Source of the DNA: Auanema rhodensis
Lineage: Eukaryota; Animalia; Nematoda
NCBI GenBank assembly: GCA_964057225.1
Contig: OZ059897.1
Coordinates: 6,014,001 to 6,078,000 of the forward strand
Reading direction: 5' to 3'
Length of the DNA stretch: 64,000 nucleotides
In this document: one piece after another, positions 15,101 through 27,900 of the stretch
Position numbering within the stretch: position 1 is the stretch's first letter
How the letters are laid out: every line of letters begins with the position of its first letter
The notes under the pieces: model-generated
What the model saw: only the letters and a program-made list of their open reading frames with translations
Database searches by the model: none
Told to the model about the DNA's origin: nothing
Position numbers and translations under genes: made by a program

Positions 15101-17994
15101 CTTGCCTGTCAACGATTATTGCCATTCGAAGTTCCGAGGGTCCTAAACCTTATTGGTCAGTCAAGTTTCTTTCAGACAATAGTTTCAGTTGGTTTAGTAA
15201 TAGGTTCAGGGTCAGTCTTCAACTTTATGTATAATCTGCATAACTCACAAATTTCGTTTATACTATATGTATACTATGTTTATATAATTTCATATGTAGA
15301 AATATATATGTATATATACCTCAAATCTTTCTTTTTCTCAATCACAAACATCAATGTTCTAACTACCGTATTCTATTTTAGGAGTTAAGATACTATCATC
15401 ATCATCAGCACTGTCACAAGTTGTTCCAAATTGTACTTTCAGCTATCAACATATGCTCTTTCCAGTAATTTTTTCATTTTTATCTTGTCTTTCAAGACAA
15501 TCTATCTAACTATCTCACAGACACTCTTTCTCGCTTCCTTTATTTTCGGTATTATCCTCTTTTCATCACTTGAGAGTTAAAATTTGGCGCGAAATACTCG
15601 CACTTCGCATAGTTCGAACATCTCTCTCTCTCTTCATCTCCCTCGTTCCCTCTCATTCATCCAACTTCAATTCTTATTCCCTTACATATCATTCGTTCAT
15701 TACCTATCGTAATGCTGGAAGAATGAATGAATTCGCAATTCCGATAGGCCTTCCTCATCCGTCTTCTTGGTATTGCCGTCAAAAGACTTCTGACCCCATG
15801 GCTGCCTGTCTCATCATCTCATCATCGTCCGTTCCCAACTATTTCCTGAGATCTTTCTGTAGTTGAAACCAAACATTAAACTCCGTTGATTGTTGGCTTA
15901 ATTTGAACCATTATAAGCTGTGAAGGTACCTAAGCTCTATATCATGTGTATATGCATGACCAATTTCTTATCATTTTGAATCCATACCAAAGGGGAGGAG
16001 CTTATTCGTCATTCTGCACAAGCAATGATTTTCTGCCGCTCACCCGGTCACCAAGAGATGGGGGCGGTCGAAACCCTAGCCGTCAACAAGGGGCGGAACC
16101 ACTGATCGTCGGCTGTCGAGTTAGTCGTTTGGCATACGAGAGCTGACGACATAGGCGACTGGTCTTTCGGTGTTCTCATCGGCTTATCTATTAAGGATTC
16201 TATGGTTTTTCAACTTCTTCTTCCTAATATATTTCGGTTTATTATTGGTAAACATTGAGTAATCTTATTGTATTTCTCTTGCTTAACTTCAATTCCTTCT
16301 ACCTCTTTCTAATATCTAAAAACTACACATTCTTGTTTTATTTCTTTTCATTGATTGATTATTTCTCAAAATGTTGCTCCAATACTCAACGTTTTGTATG
16401 CTGAATGTCATGGTAACCGGCTGCCTTAATTCGTTAGCACGCAAACCTTTCTCCAGATGACAGCTTGACCTTTGTCAAGCCGATCTGCCATCTGCCCATA
16501 AACAGCTTTTGCTGGCAAATTTATGTAATTTTCTGTTATTTCTAACATAAAATTATATAATATGATCGTGAACTATGCTTATAGTTTATTTTTTCCTAGA
16601 AATAGAAATATATTTCCTTTTTCTTACTATCTTGAAACTATTTTTATAATCGAAAATTCCAAAATAAAAACTATTGGCTTCTCTCTTATCGACTAAAAAT
16701 GTTCAGATTATTAGTACATTTTTGAATAATTGTAACCTTTAAAAGTATTTTTTATTCAAAATTTCTTTTTGTTTTCAATCGGAAGTTAAAGTTTTTACTA
16801 TTCCTAACTATACTATATAGATTAAATCTAAATCTATATATGTTATACTCGATGAATACAACTATATAGTATATACAATCACCTTCTTCTATTCATATAT
16901 GATAGTCTGATCGTCGAAAATTTTGATGACGAATGATCCTGAGTCAGATTGAAATGCATTGAGCGTCAATGACCCGGAGATCTTGAACCATTTCATTTCG
17001 ATCCATCTTCACATAGCTTATTCAAATGTTATATAGAGTCTAGATGTGCATCAATGATTTCAAATTGTCTGACTAATTCTTTAAACTTGAGTTTGTTATA
17101 ATTCAAAAGCATATTTCCGTTTGTAAGTATTACTTACGGCTGGTTACTCCTTTTGGTTCTTTTAGCAATGCTTAGAGCCAGCAGCAACGCCGATTGATTT
17201 ACAATATGAGCTTGTTACTATCTGCCTTCTCCCTTTCTCTCTTCTCTCCCTCGCCCTGTCTCTTTCTCTCTCTCTCTCTATGTAGGCTATATATTTTTCT
17301 CTCATCCTCTTCAATATGCATTATGACTAAACGAGTGATCGATTGTACCAAACGCTACAGACGGCTTCATCTGGTCTCGATGGGACTATATAAATATCCA
17401 TTTAGCCTCCGGCACAACAAATCAATATATTTGTTTGCCATCTAATTAGCATATGAATTCAATTGACGCTCTGTTTATCCTAATGACGTGACTTAAATAA
17501 GCGTTTATTGCGTGAGAAGGTAATCATTCGTAACTAGCTGATCATGCAGAACGGTTGAATTCTCTTGTTTTTCAAATACTTCGTTCTTGTTTTTTTCTAA
17601 TAATTAATATAGGTTAAACTTAAGATATTTAATGTTTATATAGATGTATCAACATCAAAGCTATCTAGCAGAATTCGGTCAATGAAAGTATCACTAAGTA
17701 ACTGGATATCCAGCATAGATGACCGGTATTAACCCAGTAAGAGTTCCAAAAAACGATCGTTTTCGGTCCCCTTAGTACTCTTGTGTATCTTTCTTTTCAT
17801 TCTTTACTTTATATCTCTCGTTCTCTCCCTTTTGCCCTTGTCTTTGTTTTTTCTGTTCTTTTAGCTCGGCTCGAACGGCCTTTTGACCTTGCCAGCTCTC
17901 GTCTCGGCTCTGCAATTACCCCGGTCACTATTTGAATACAGTTCTCTGCTCTCTCTTCTATATGCCTGCTGTCTTATATGCTACAGCAAATGTA

Positions 17995-18045
17995 GCTAGG
18001 CTGACTAGGGGCGGACGCCTCGCCCCCCCCTAGCCTGACGACTCC
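17995..18045 (+). promoter_or_regulatory. GC-box-containing proximal promoter candidate of cki-1
   Basis: GC island with GGGGCGG (~18008) and a C-run, about 450 nt upstream of the TTTTCCAG acceptor (ends 18470) that precedes the cki-1 ATG. Confidence 0.4.
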
Positions 18046-18497
18046 ACCCATCGCGCTAACCACCACCACCAGTCATAACCCACCCAGTTGACCATATACA
18101 GCTCGTCGTCGGAGCGATCCGACGATGACCTGGAAGATTGGTTGCCTGAATCCCTCTATACATAACCTTGGATAGCCTTGGCTATCACCCAGAGTCTGAC
18201 CGCAGTGTTCCGGTTTTCTGGATACGGTCGAAAAGCCCATTCATTGTTCAGAACACCAAAGCCCCATCATCATTTCATCTCATTTACATCTCATTCAATT
18301 CAAAACGATGCTTCTTCACTATTCATACTGACTGAGCTCACTGTGGGATATCAATGATTCATAGTGACGATAGGCAGACCATCTCATGTTTTTCCCACTT
18401 TTTTCGTGTCTTTCTTGTAATTCGTTGTAAACATCATCTGTTCGCTTTAGTAATTTTTATTATTTTCCAGATCAATCTCACTTTCTCAACACCGACA

Positions 18498-19274
18498 ATG
18501 TCTTCTGCCAGTATTTCTACCAAGAAACGTACCGCTCGTCGCTGTCTTTTCGGTCGCTCTGATTCTCAAGCCACTAACCAATGGCTTAGCGAGAAAATCA
18601 ATGAAAACATGATTCGTTTCCAAAAGGAGTATGGCTTTGACATCTTGAAAGATTGTCCTATTCCTGGAACATCTGACTACGAATACTATCCAATGATTGC
18701 TACCAGCGTTCCTGAGTTTTATCGCAGCAAGTTCATCAGCTCACCATCAAACATGAACACACCAACAAAGGAAAACGACTGTCTTAACACCTCCACTGGC
18801 TCTGTTATCTCTTCTTCTTCGTCTTCCGACGAGAGTGATATGAGCATGGACTATACTCTCTCACCTATTGAGCCAGCCAAGCGTACCTGTGCTACTCCTA
18901 AGAAAAGACAAGGAAAAGTCACCGGTAAGCATATGAAAACTTTTAAATCAAATTCTTCAATTATAATAATCTTTATGAATTTTTGAAATAACTTTTGACC
19001 TTTCGACTCAATTGCGCCGCCGCAACTGTTTTGCTTATTCATCTCTAGCAAGTTATGTGCGATAAACACAGCACCGACTTCACCACATGTTGACTAATCT
19101 CAATCAAAATCAAAATATATAAACATAAATTCAAAAATCTTCATAAACATTGACTTATTTTCTAATTTTTCAGACATGTTCCAAGTCCAACGCAAGAAAC
19201 GTCTTCAAAGATCTCCAAAAACCGTGGACATTGTGCTGCCAGCTCGCCGCACCTCAATCGAAGCTCGCATCTGA
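18498..19274 (+). CDS. cki-1: Cip/Kip cyclin-dependent kinase inhibitor, CKI-1-like (exons 18498-18924, 19174-19274)
   Basis: MSSASISTKKRTARRCLFGR (RxLFG cyclin docking), EYGFDILKDCPI and VPEFYR (CDK-inhibitory domain), C-terminal KKRQGKVT|DMFQVQRKKR PIP degron. Canonical G|gtaagc...tttttcag intron. The ORF-track start at 18354 lies upstream of the acceptor. Confidence 0.93.
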
Positions 19275-21169
19275 GTTAATCACTTCAAATGGAATCTGGA
19301 GCCAGTCCTCACATAACTATAATCTAGTCAATATTCATTTCAATTCTCATCTCCTAATAGATTATTTATTTTCTGTTTCCTTTCTCATTCTTCTATTATA
19401 TTTTCCAAACGTCTTCAGATCCCTGTGATAGCAAAGTGAGATAGATTTGTCATCTCCAGCCAACAAAACAAAGCAAATACATGGTACATTCTATCTATCT
19501 GCTCTGCTCTGCTCTTCACGTGTATTAACTATTATTTTTATAATTTTATTTTAATTTGTTTTTCACATAAATGGAAATAATCAAACTGACGAAATATTGA
19601 TTAATAAGGCTTTCTTAACAAAGCAAATTCTTCTTCAATTTCATCAGTTTGAATATTTGCAAGAATTTCGATTCTTTATACATATATATATATAGTTATA
19701 TGTATATATATATATATATAAACCTATACATACTTGTTTTCTTTTTCATAATTTTCTTCATTTTATACGTAAATTTCTTTATTTGAAAAACAAAAAATAA
19801 TAAAATTTCTAAATCAATCAACAACTTATATCTTATACATCTACATATACATTTCAAATATATATTACAGTCAAGTCAAATCATCTAAACGATACACTTC
19901 ATTCGGTATTATATGAATTTCAATCTATTCTCTTATTTTTCTTCCGAAAAAAGAGCCGAATTGTCGTTTGTCGAGGTCTTCTAAACCTCGTTTTTCTACT
20001 GGCTCTATATGGTACCACACAACAATCATCCAAAATGACCATACTACCATTCATTGTCCCGATTGAAAAAAAGAAAAAAAACAACAACAACAGAATATCT
20101 TCTGTTTTGAAGGCCATATTCCTTCAATGCTTCTACCCATAGATCAGATTTAAGGAGTTATGTTCAATTCTAGACCATCTCAGATACAAGCTATAAAGAA
20201 GAAAGCAATGCTGATGATCTCATCGCTATTTCATCGTATCCTTCTTATCGTCTTCACTTTGCTATCTGGCAATAAACTTGAGAGAAAAACAGTAATTTTC
20301 TGATGATATATGAAGACTATCATCAGAAACAAAAAAACATATTAATAAAGAAATTCCAAGTTATCGAAAAAATTGAAAGATTTTCATGCAATTTCTTTGA
20401 AAATTACTAAACCAATCACTAGAATTTTGCACCTGTCTCTCGTGAAAACTCTTTTTTATATTGCTCATCTACATTCTTTATACAAAGAATTAGTTCTAAA
20501 AAAGGAATAAAATGATTCAGTTCCGACAAATCATTAGAACAACTCAGACAGCCTGCCAGCTGCTTCTTTACATCATATTGAACATCTGGATTACAGTGAA
20601 GGACTTAAATGATCTGGTAAAATCTGTGAGAAGGATAAGCTGTCCCAAATGGCATCATCGTCATCATCATCAACATCAGCAGCAGCAGTGGCAACATAGC
20701 TTTTCCAATCGAACTAACGGAAAATCATCTATGCATCCGAAAGAACTCACAGCTTTCACAGCCTTTCAGAATCTCTCCTTTCGCATTTTAAACGGGTTTG
20801 CAGCAGTAAAAATTCATTTTGTAGATTACAGTCACAAGCTATTCCGAAAGATCGGCCATGCTGGTCTTATTGAAGACTTTGCTAGTGTATGCGGTCAAAA
20901 GGCAAGGTAGCCGAGTTTTTTTTGGGTGGAAACAAGCCATTTGATGGTCTCTTTCCCATAATCATCTGAATCGGCAAGGCAATAATCTAGTTTTGTCTAT
21001 ATACTACTGAATGAGAGCCCATTGATTTGAAAGAAAAAACATCTAAGTGAAGGTTTCAATTGAGGTTGAAGGCTGTTATTGTCCATGTTTTTCAACGAAT
21101 AACCATGTCCATATAAATCTTCCTAACCTAAAAGTATTAAAGTTACATAAGCAAAAGATTGATAAGATT

Positions 21170-21214
21170 GAGAGAGAGAGCAAGAGAGATAGAGAGAGAT
21201 AGAGAGAGAGAGAG
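21170..21214. repeat. Imperfect (GA)n microsatellite
   Basis: gagagagagagcaagagagatagagagagatagagagagagagag seen directly. Confidence 0.85.
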
Positions 21215-21930
21215 TAAATGGCCTTAACCATTAACATATAATAATTGTATCATTAATGATTGAACAATGTAGTTAATCATATTTCTCAATTTATTATATA
21301 TAGTTAATCAATATTATCTACGAAACTATATACATATAGTTACGTAAAATAATCATTAATATATGTATATATATCATGTAAATATAGTTAAGAGCCATAC
21401 AATTATTCATAAATTCTCATACGAGTGTAGAGAAATCAGTCATTGACCCTGCTCAAATGGAATCTTAATATGATGCCTGACGAATCACAAGAAGGCGATG
21501 ACTTGACCTCTACGAAAACCTTTGGCAATGGATTATCTAATAATATGGATGGTTTAGGTCGAGAGAAAATACAAAAAAATGGATGATTCTTATGTATATT
21601 CGGATTGACCTCTACTTCACCCTTGTCTCTTTATATCCTTTTCCCTCTCTCTCTATCTTTCTCTCTCTTTAATTCTGTTTCTATCTAAATATAGATTTCT
21701 CTGATCTCTGTAATTCATGCTATGGTTTAGAAAAATTAGATTGGGGCATGTTAGATTACTTCTTATGACGTAATTCTCATAATCTTCAATCTTTTAACTA
21801 CTAGTTTTATCCAAAAGGAGAAGGTTATCAGATTGAATATATTCAAGTTTAGACTAATCAAATATCTAAAGTACAACATGTAGATGATGAATCTGAATAC
21901 GGAATACTTTGTAGTTTAACCCTTATAAGT

Positions 21931-21933
<3 letters not shown>

Positions 21934-21978
<45 letters not shown>
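21934..21978. repeat. Perfect (CT)n microsatellite, ~22 units
   Basis: Uninterrupted ctctct... run. Confidence 0.95.
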
Positions 21979-21982
<4 letters not shown>

Positions 21983-24900
21983 CCATTTCTTAGGAGTTAT
22001 AGCTTGAAGAGTTGAATGATAAACACATTAAGCAACTGGAAAATCCTAAAGAAGCTTCTTGTCAGCAGAAATTTATGTCTATTCATCTTCATTTTTCTGT
22101 CTATTCTGCATGAAAATACATTTATCAGTCAAAAGAATTAAAAAAGATAATTATCACGAAACCAATGTAAATCAATCAATTGTTGAAAGAAATGTAAACT
22201 GTTGAACAGGAATATGATCCACAATATTTAGGTAGTTATCATTATTTCAAAGTTTTTTTTTATATGATTTATATGATATAATTATTATATTTTATATATA
22301 AAACTCTTTTATTTTTGAATAGTTAAAGATAGTATATTATACTATTATACTGATAATAACTATATCAAATTTGAAACATTCTATCAAGTTGTAGGACACA
22401 GCATATTATATGATTATCAGTATACATACAAGGTGTTATATTTCTTTGTAAAACCTGTTAATGAACTACTCATTAAAGTTTTAATGAGGCTGTTAAATGG
22501 TCTTCCTGTACCATCTAGTCATGATAGATATTATAACCTTCTTATCATTATGCTCAATAGCAAGCTGGAAGCAAGTATAAGAATAGATAAAGCATACACT
22601 ATAACATATTATTTCGTTTTTGTTTATATCAGGCTACTTCTTCCGACACATAAAAAGTTCCATTGAAATGAACACATCTGCTACAGCTTTTCGGCTTTAT
22701 GATTGTTTGTTAGTTTATTACTAATGAAGCGCTGAAGCTTTATGCTTATTAGAGCCGACTGACAAGCTTTTTCACAATGCCGCTAGGGTGATGATGGGTG
22801 GCCATATTAGGAGGATAAAAGGTTAACCGGGGTCATCTGGAGGTCTTGTTGTATTCAGCAGTTTTCCTTCTTTTTTTTTCTCTTCTAACTGGCATATTGT
22901 TTAATTTATGTATATCCACTAGAAAGGGATGTGCCGTTACTATTTGAATAATAATAAGCTGTTGACCGACTAAGGACTATTGTAAACAAAACAATGGAAA
23001 GAACCCTTTTACCCTTATCCTATACCCATAGACATTCATGTCTCTTACATGTATCATATAGTCTCGAACTGTCTCTCTTCTTAGCCTCATATCTCTAGAC
23101 TCTCTTGTATTTCTTCTGACTCTTGTATCATCCGCTTGGCATCTGTTCATCATACCCCCATCCTCTATGCCGGTCTCATCTTCTATTTCATGTCTGAACC
23201 TCTTACCTATGATACTCTCTGTGTCTCAGTCTCGTTCTAGTTCTCTCACTTTGCCATGTATTTCCTTCATCTATTATGCATGGAAGCGACAAGCGTCGGC
23301 ATGAGCAACTATGATCGAGCATGATGATGAACAGTTAATTAAACATCCAACCTATGCTCCAAAAGACTCTTACCGCTTTGACAGCACTTAGTGGCAAACA
23401 CGGTTACCGAAAATGTTGAACATGCGATGATTAATGAAGGAGAAAAGCCGGCTGCGGATGAGCACAATACAAAGCTTTGCTGCCCTTTGTACAAGAAATC
23501 GACAGCCGAATATGGCTAATGAATGACAAATGTGATTTTAAAAGCGGAAGCGAAATGTACTACAAGGAGAGGAGCAAAGAGGAGGTGAGGGATGTTCAAA
23601 AGGGTATCTGACTAATGAAGGGTTTTGTCTGTTTTGATATGAAAATCATTCAATTCCTATCGGCAATAATCAATCAAACATGACATCCCTCAGGCGACAA
23701 AGCCGAGTTCATAGGAAATGACAGACAATGCTGATGTATACAGTGTTCCAAAAACTGATGACAGTCTATCATTGTGTCGTCTGGCATCAAACAATCTTTC
23801 AGAGAAAAGCGGAAATATTCATTTGAATATGTGTCAGTTATACATCAACATCCAGCTGAGATTGTCCCATTTTCATTTATGTTTCCAGCTTTGTAAATTT
23901 CCATTAATGAACTGAATAACATATGTATATAAGATGAGAAAAAACTGTAGGTAAACTATGCTAACCATGCTAACTATGCCAACTATATGTATTTGTTTGT
24001 GGTCTCTCCTAATACCTCTGAACTCATCCGATTTTTATCAGATTATGGGAAATATAAAGAGTACCTGCTACTTAGTGCGCTGTGATAAAAGTAGCAAAGT
24101 GAAGCGTTTTCTGGTTATTTTAGGTTGTAAGCTAGTTAGTGATATGTTCTGCTATATGACCTTATCAAATGATTTTGATTAGGAAATCATGATTAGTCCT
24201 ATATGCATTATCAGCAAACAATTACGATGCAATGCTTATACATACAATGGGTTATAATCATTTTTATTTGGAACGATACACAATATTGAGGAAATTCATG
24301 TCATATAATCAAGAAAAATAATCAAATTTGATAAAGTTTGTTAGGAGGGAAGTGTTCATGATAAAACTTTAACAAGCATATTCTGATAGCTATGGAGAAA
24401 TAGACACAAAGATATCTAAGTTGAACAAGGAAATAGGACCTGACGCATGGGGAACATTACTCATCAAAGATTCAAAAACAACATCTTCTGAAACTTTTTT
24501 TCTAAAATAAACATTATGATCAATTTGAAATTCTTATAGTTATGTAGTTCTTGATATAGAATATAGTAAAAGGTTCCCGACAGACAAATTAAAGTTAGTG
24601 GATAGTCAGCTGTGCTGAGTAGTGAACGCTATGTTTCTTTGATTCTGATGAAAAACAGACAAAAAGTTTCATTGAGCAACAGTGTGCTTCAATTGTTTCG
24701 CCGAAACAAATCAAAGAGAATCAGCTGCTGTGGAAGACAGTTTGAACTGTGTGAAAACTATTGTGTCGGAAAGATGGTAAGAGTTTCGTTGATGTTCCTC
24801 CATCTATTCGATTCGGAAAGAGATGTGAGGGGCTCTCCTGCCGTTTAGTACCACTGTCCTCACCTCTTCCTATCCCATCTAAACCTTTCAAGAGACGGCT

Positions 24901-27900
24901 TTCAGTTTCTTTCTTTCTCTACCATTCACTTTCTCTCGTTCCAATCATTTATCTCGTCTTCTCATTTCTCCCATTGAACTCCAATGAAACCATCAGCAGG
25001 ACTCATTGCGGTATCTTCTGTGTGAAGCCCGAAGTCCTTTCGGCAGATTGAGGGGAAAGTCATTTCGTGAACCACAACTAGAGCAGAACGAGTATAATAT
25101 GTTCTTCTTTCAACTGTTGAAAGAACAAGATGAAGCCAATAAAATCTTTAAAAGAAATATTTGATCCATTTCAACCACATCACCACATCCAAATTTACAT
25201 TTCACCGTTGCGAGGGAACCCATGCTTTCAGCTCAGCTTCACTCTCCATTTCACAACCTTTTTAGAAAAAAAAATTTTTACAACTTCATATCAGTGTTAC
25301 TGGCTTTATTCGTCTTATTTGTCTATTCATATTCTATACGAAAAGTTTTTTCTTCGATAAGAACAAATCATACGAACACTTTGGCAATCGATAAGAAAAA
25401 TTTTTTTTGTTAATTTTCATTAGGAACGTTCCATTTCCATGATTCTTATCATGAAAAATCCAAAAATCTATTTCTCAATCTCATTTCCAAAGGGCATTAT
25501 GATGAGTTTAAGTTAGAATGAAAAAATGAATTCAAAATTGGCATTCATAGAAACTCAGTATGGCAGCTGGGGAGGTTCATATAAGGTTTTTTTCTAATTT
25601 TCAACATAACAATAGGTTCAAATAGAGTATAGAACAGTTGGTTGTGAATAAGAATAAAAAAGATTTTTAAGTATAAAGAAAAGAAGAGAAGTTCATTTTA
25701 TGTATTTCTTCTCGATGTCTAAAGTTGACATTTGGATGTGATCAATAGGTTGAATGAGTTATGAAGATGGGCTAAGTGGTAGGTTTATATCTTCATCACC
25801 TAGTTACGGTAATGAAGGGGGGGGGGGGCACAACACACATGTTATTGAAGAGCATTTGCTTGAAATAAGAATAAAAATGCTGGAAAAAAAGGAATATTTG
25901 GTGAAATATAATGTGTTTTAAGGAAAAAATATTAGTAGAATCTAGTATAGAAAAGAAAATTGTTGAACATACTAGTGCTCGGGAGTTGCTGGGTTTGAAA
26001 TGAAATCTAAAATACTCCAAGCAGTGCGGGAAACGTCTGATAAATGAATAGTCTTTATCATGACATCTTTAAAAAATAATAAAAAATATTAATAAATAAC
26101 ATAACAAATTCAAAAAATTATAATAATTATAATAAGTTTAGCATTTGAGCTTTTTATCGGGTTCAGTTAGCTGAAATTTGAGCAGAATGATGTTTCTTGT
26201 CCTTATATGCTATATAAAACTTAATTATATATAAGAAAACTATTGTAAATTGATATTTTAATATTTGAATTAGTATATCTATATGTAAAATTGATTATAA
26301 TCCTTTTTAAAATCTTGAATATATTCAGTCTCTATACACTATAATTATAATTGACCTTGTAGTAATACTTTTCGCATTCATCTTTCTATACCAATATCAT
26401 TATATATTGTATTTTTTCTTTAATTTATACTAATTATAATATTTATTATTCATAATTGGATTTATTTTTAATAAATCCTTATCATATCTTGTACCAAGTT
26501 CTTTGGCGTCCTTGGCTATTTGCCAATCTACCTTATCACAAAAACTATATGCATATTCTTCTTATCAACTAACACATTTCGTGCGTAATGAATAAAACAT
26601 TTTCACCAAAAGACAGTAAAAAACAGAAGAAAATACTTTTTTTTATTTAAAAAACATGAAAAGGAAATGTTTAACTACAACGGATATATAGTGACAGAAA
26701 AACATTGTATGCAATAGCTTTAAGCTGTATAGGCTCTTGAGGTTCTAGCTCTGGATGACCACGTTTGTAGATAATACAGACTGTTGTTAGACTATTCTTT
26801 ATAATTTATAAGATATATACATATATGTTGATTGAAAGAAAACAAAAAACTGATTATGAGGATTGAATGTCAGTTGTTTCATTATTCGTTAGTACTTAGT
26901 ATAAGGGTCAATGTATTATTACAAAAGAAAAAAAAAGAGATTATCTAGTCAATTTCTCTCTCTCTCTCTCTTTCTCTCTCTATGTTCTATTCTCTTTTTA
27001 ACTTTCATTCACAGGTTCTCTTTTTGCTCTTTTAGTAAGATATATGATCTCAGATATTTTTCACAGTGTAACTGTTCCTTTTCTAAAGGATATATCAACT
27101 GAGAACTAAGTTAATATATTGTGTGAAACAAAGATTTTTACATTTTATCCAACTCTGCTATATCTATACTATCACTCATCTTTCACTCATAGACTTATAA
27201 CTTATGTGAAAATGTGATTTTCAATTTAATATATAATTGAAATCTGACATATTAAGTGGCTAAACGAACTGTCATGTCGTGCTTTTTACCGTGCAATTTC
27301 AACAGCTGTTGGCCAAAATTGTTACGTAGCTATTGTGTCGAGCTCACAACTACCATAGGAATTAGAAAGGGGGGAGCAGCAGTGATACTATGTGAACAAT
27401 TGTTCAGTTGATGGGTCTTCTGAGGCAACGGTAAAAGAGCAAGATGGTTACTCATTCATCCATTTTTCTCTTCCACTCTCCTCATTCTTTTTGTCTTTTT
27501 GTCTTCATTTTGACAGAAACGTCATCAAGCTGCAGAGGTCAGACACGGTCAGCAGGTACTTAGGTTGGCCAAGTTGAGTGTCATCTCACATTGTATTACG
27601 TAGAACGCCTGCCAAATGATGACAGATGGACTCGACGATGCAAGACTGTATAACCACTTCTACTATGATTCATTCCAATAGAAATATCTTCATATTCAAG
27701 TATATTAGAACATTGTCAATATAATGAAGAATAAGAGTATCAAGTTATGGCAAGCATTCTTACAAGCATAATTGACACTTGCTTACAGCTTAATGACTGA
27801 AGCTTACTGTCTGCTTATGCTGCCAATAGGCTGACAGATACAATGCACTATCACATATATCCTATTCTTGAGCTTAATGGGTTCGTCTGGTGACAGTCAA

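Larger units (their letters stand above)
3001..15594. promoter_or_regulatory. Distal cis-regulatory region upstream of cki-1 with repeated E2F sites
   Basis: TTTSSCGC matches (either strand) at 3001, 5312, 8795, 13004, 13112, 13348, 14125, plus a double site TTTGGCGCGAAA at 15583-15594. No credible spliced ORF here. Confidence 0.55.

Noticed and set aside
1516-17445. Many 60-100 aa ORFs in the glr-cki-1 spacer, and similar ones at 19920-29699 and 33408-35049
   Set aside because: F/L/S/I-rich translations of AT-rich and CT-repeat DNA, with no family motifs and no consistent splice chains.
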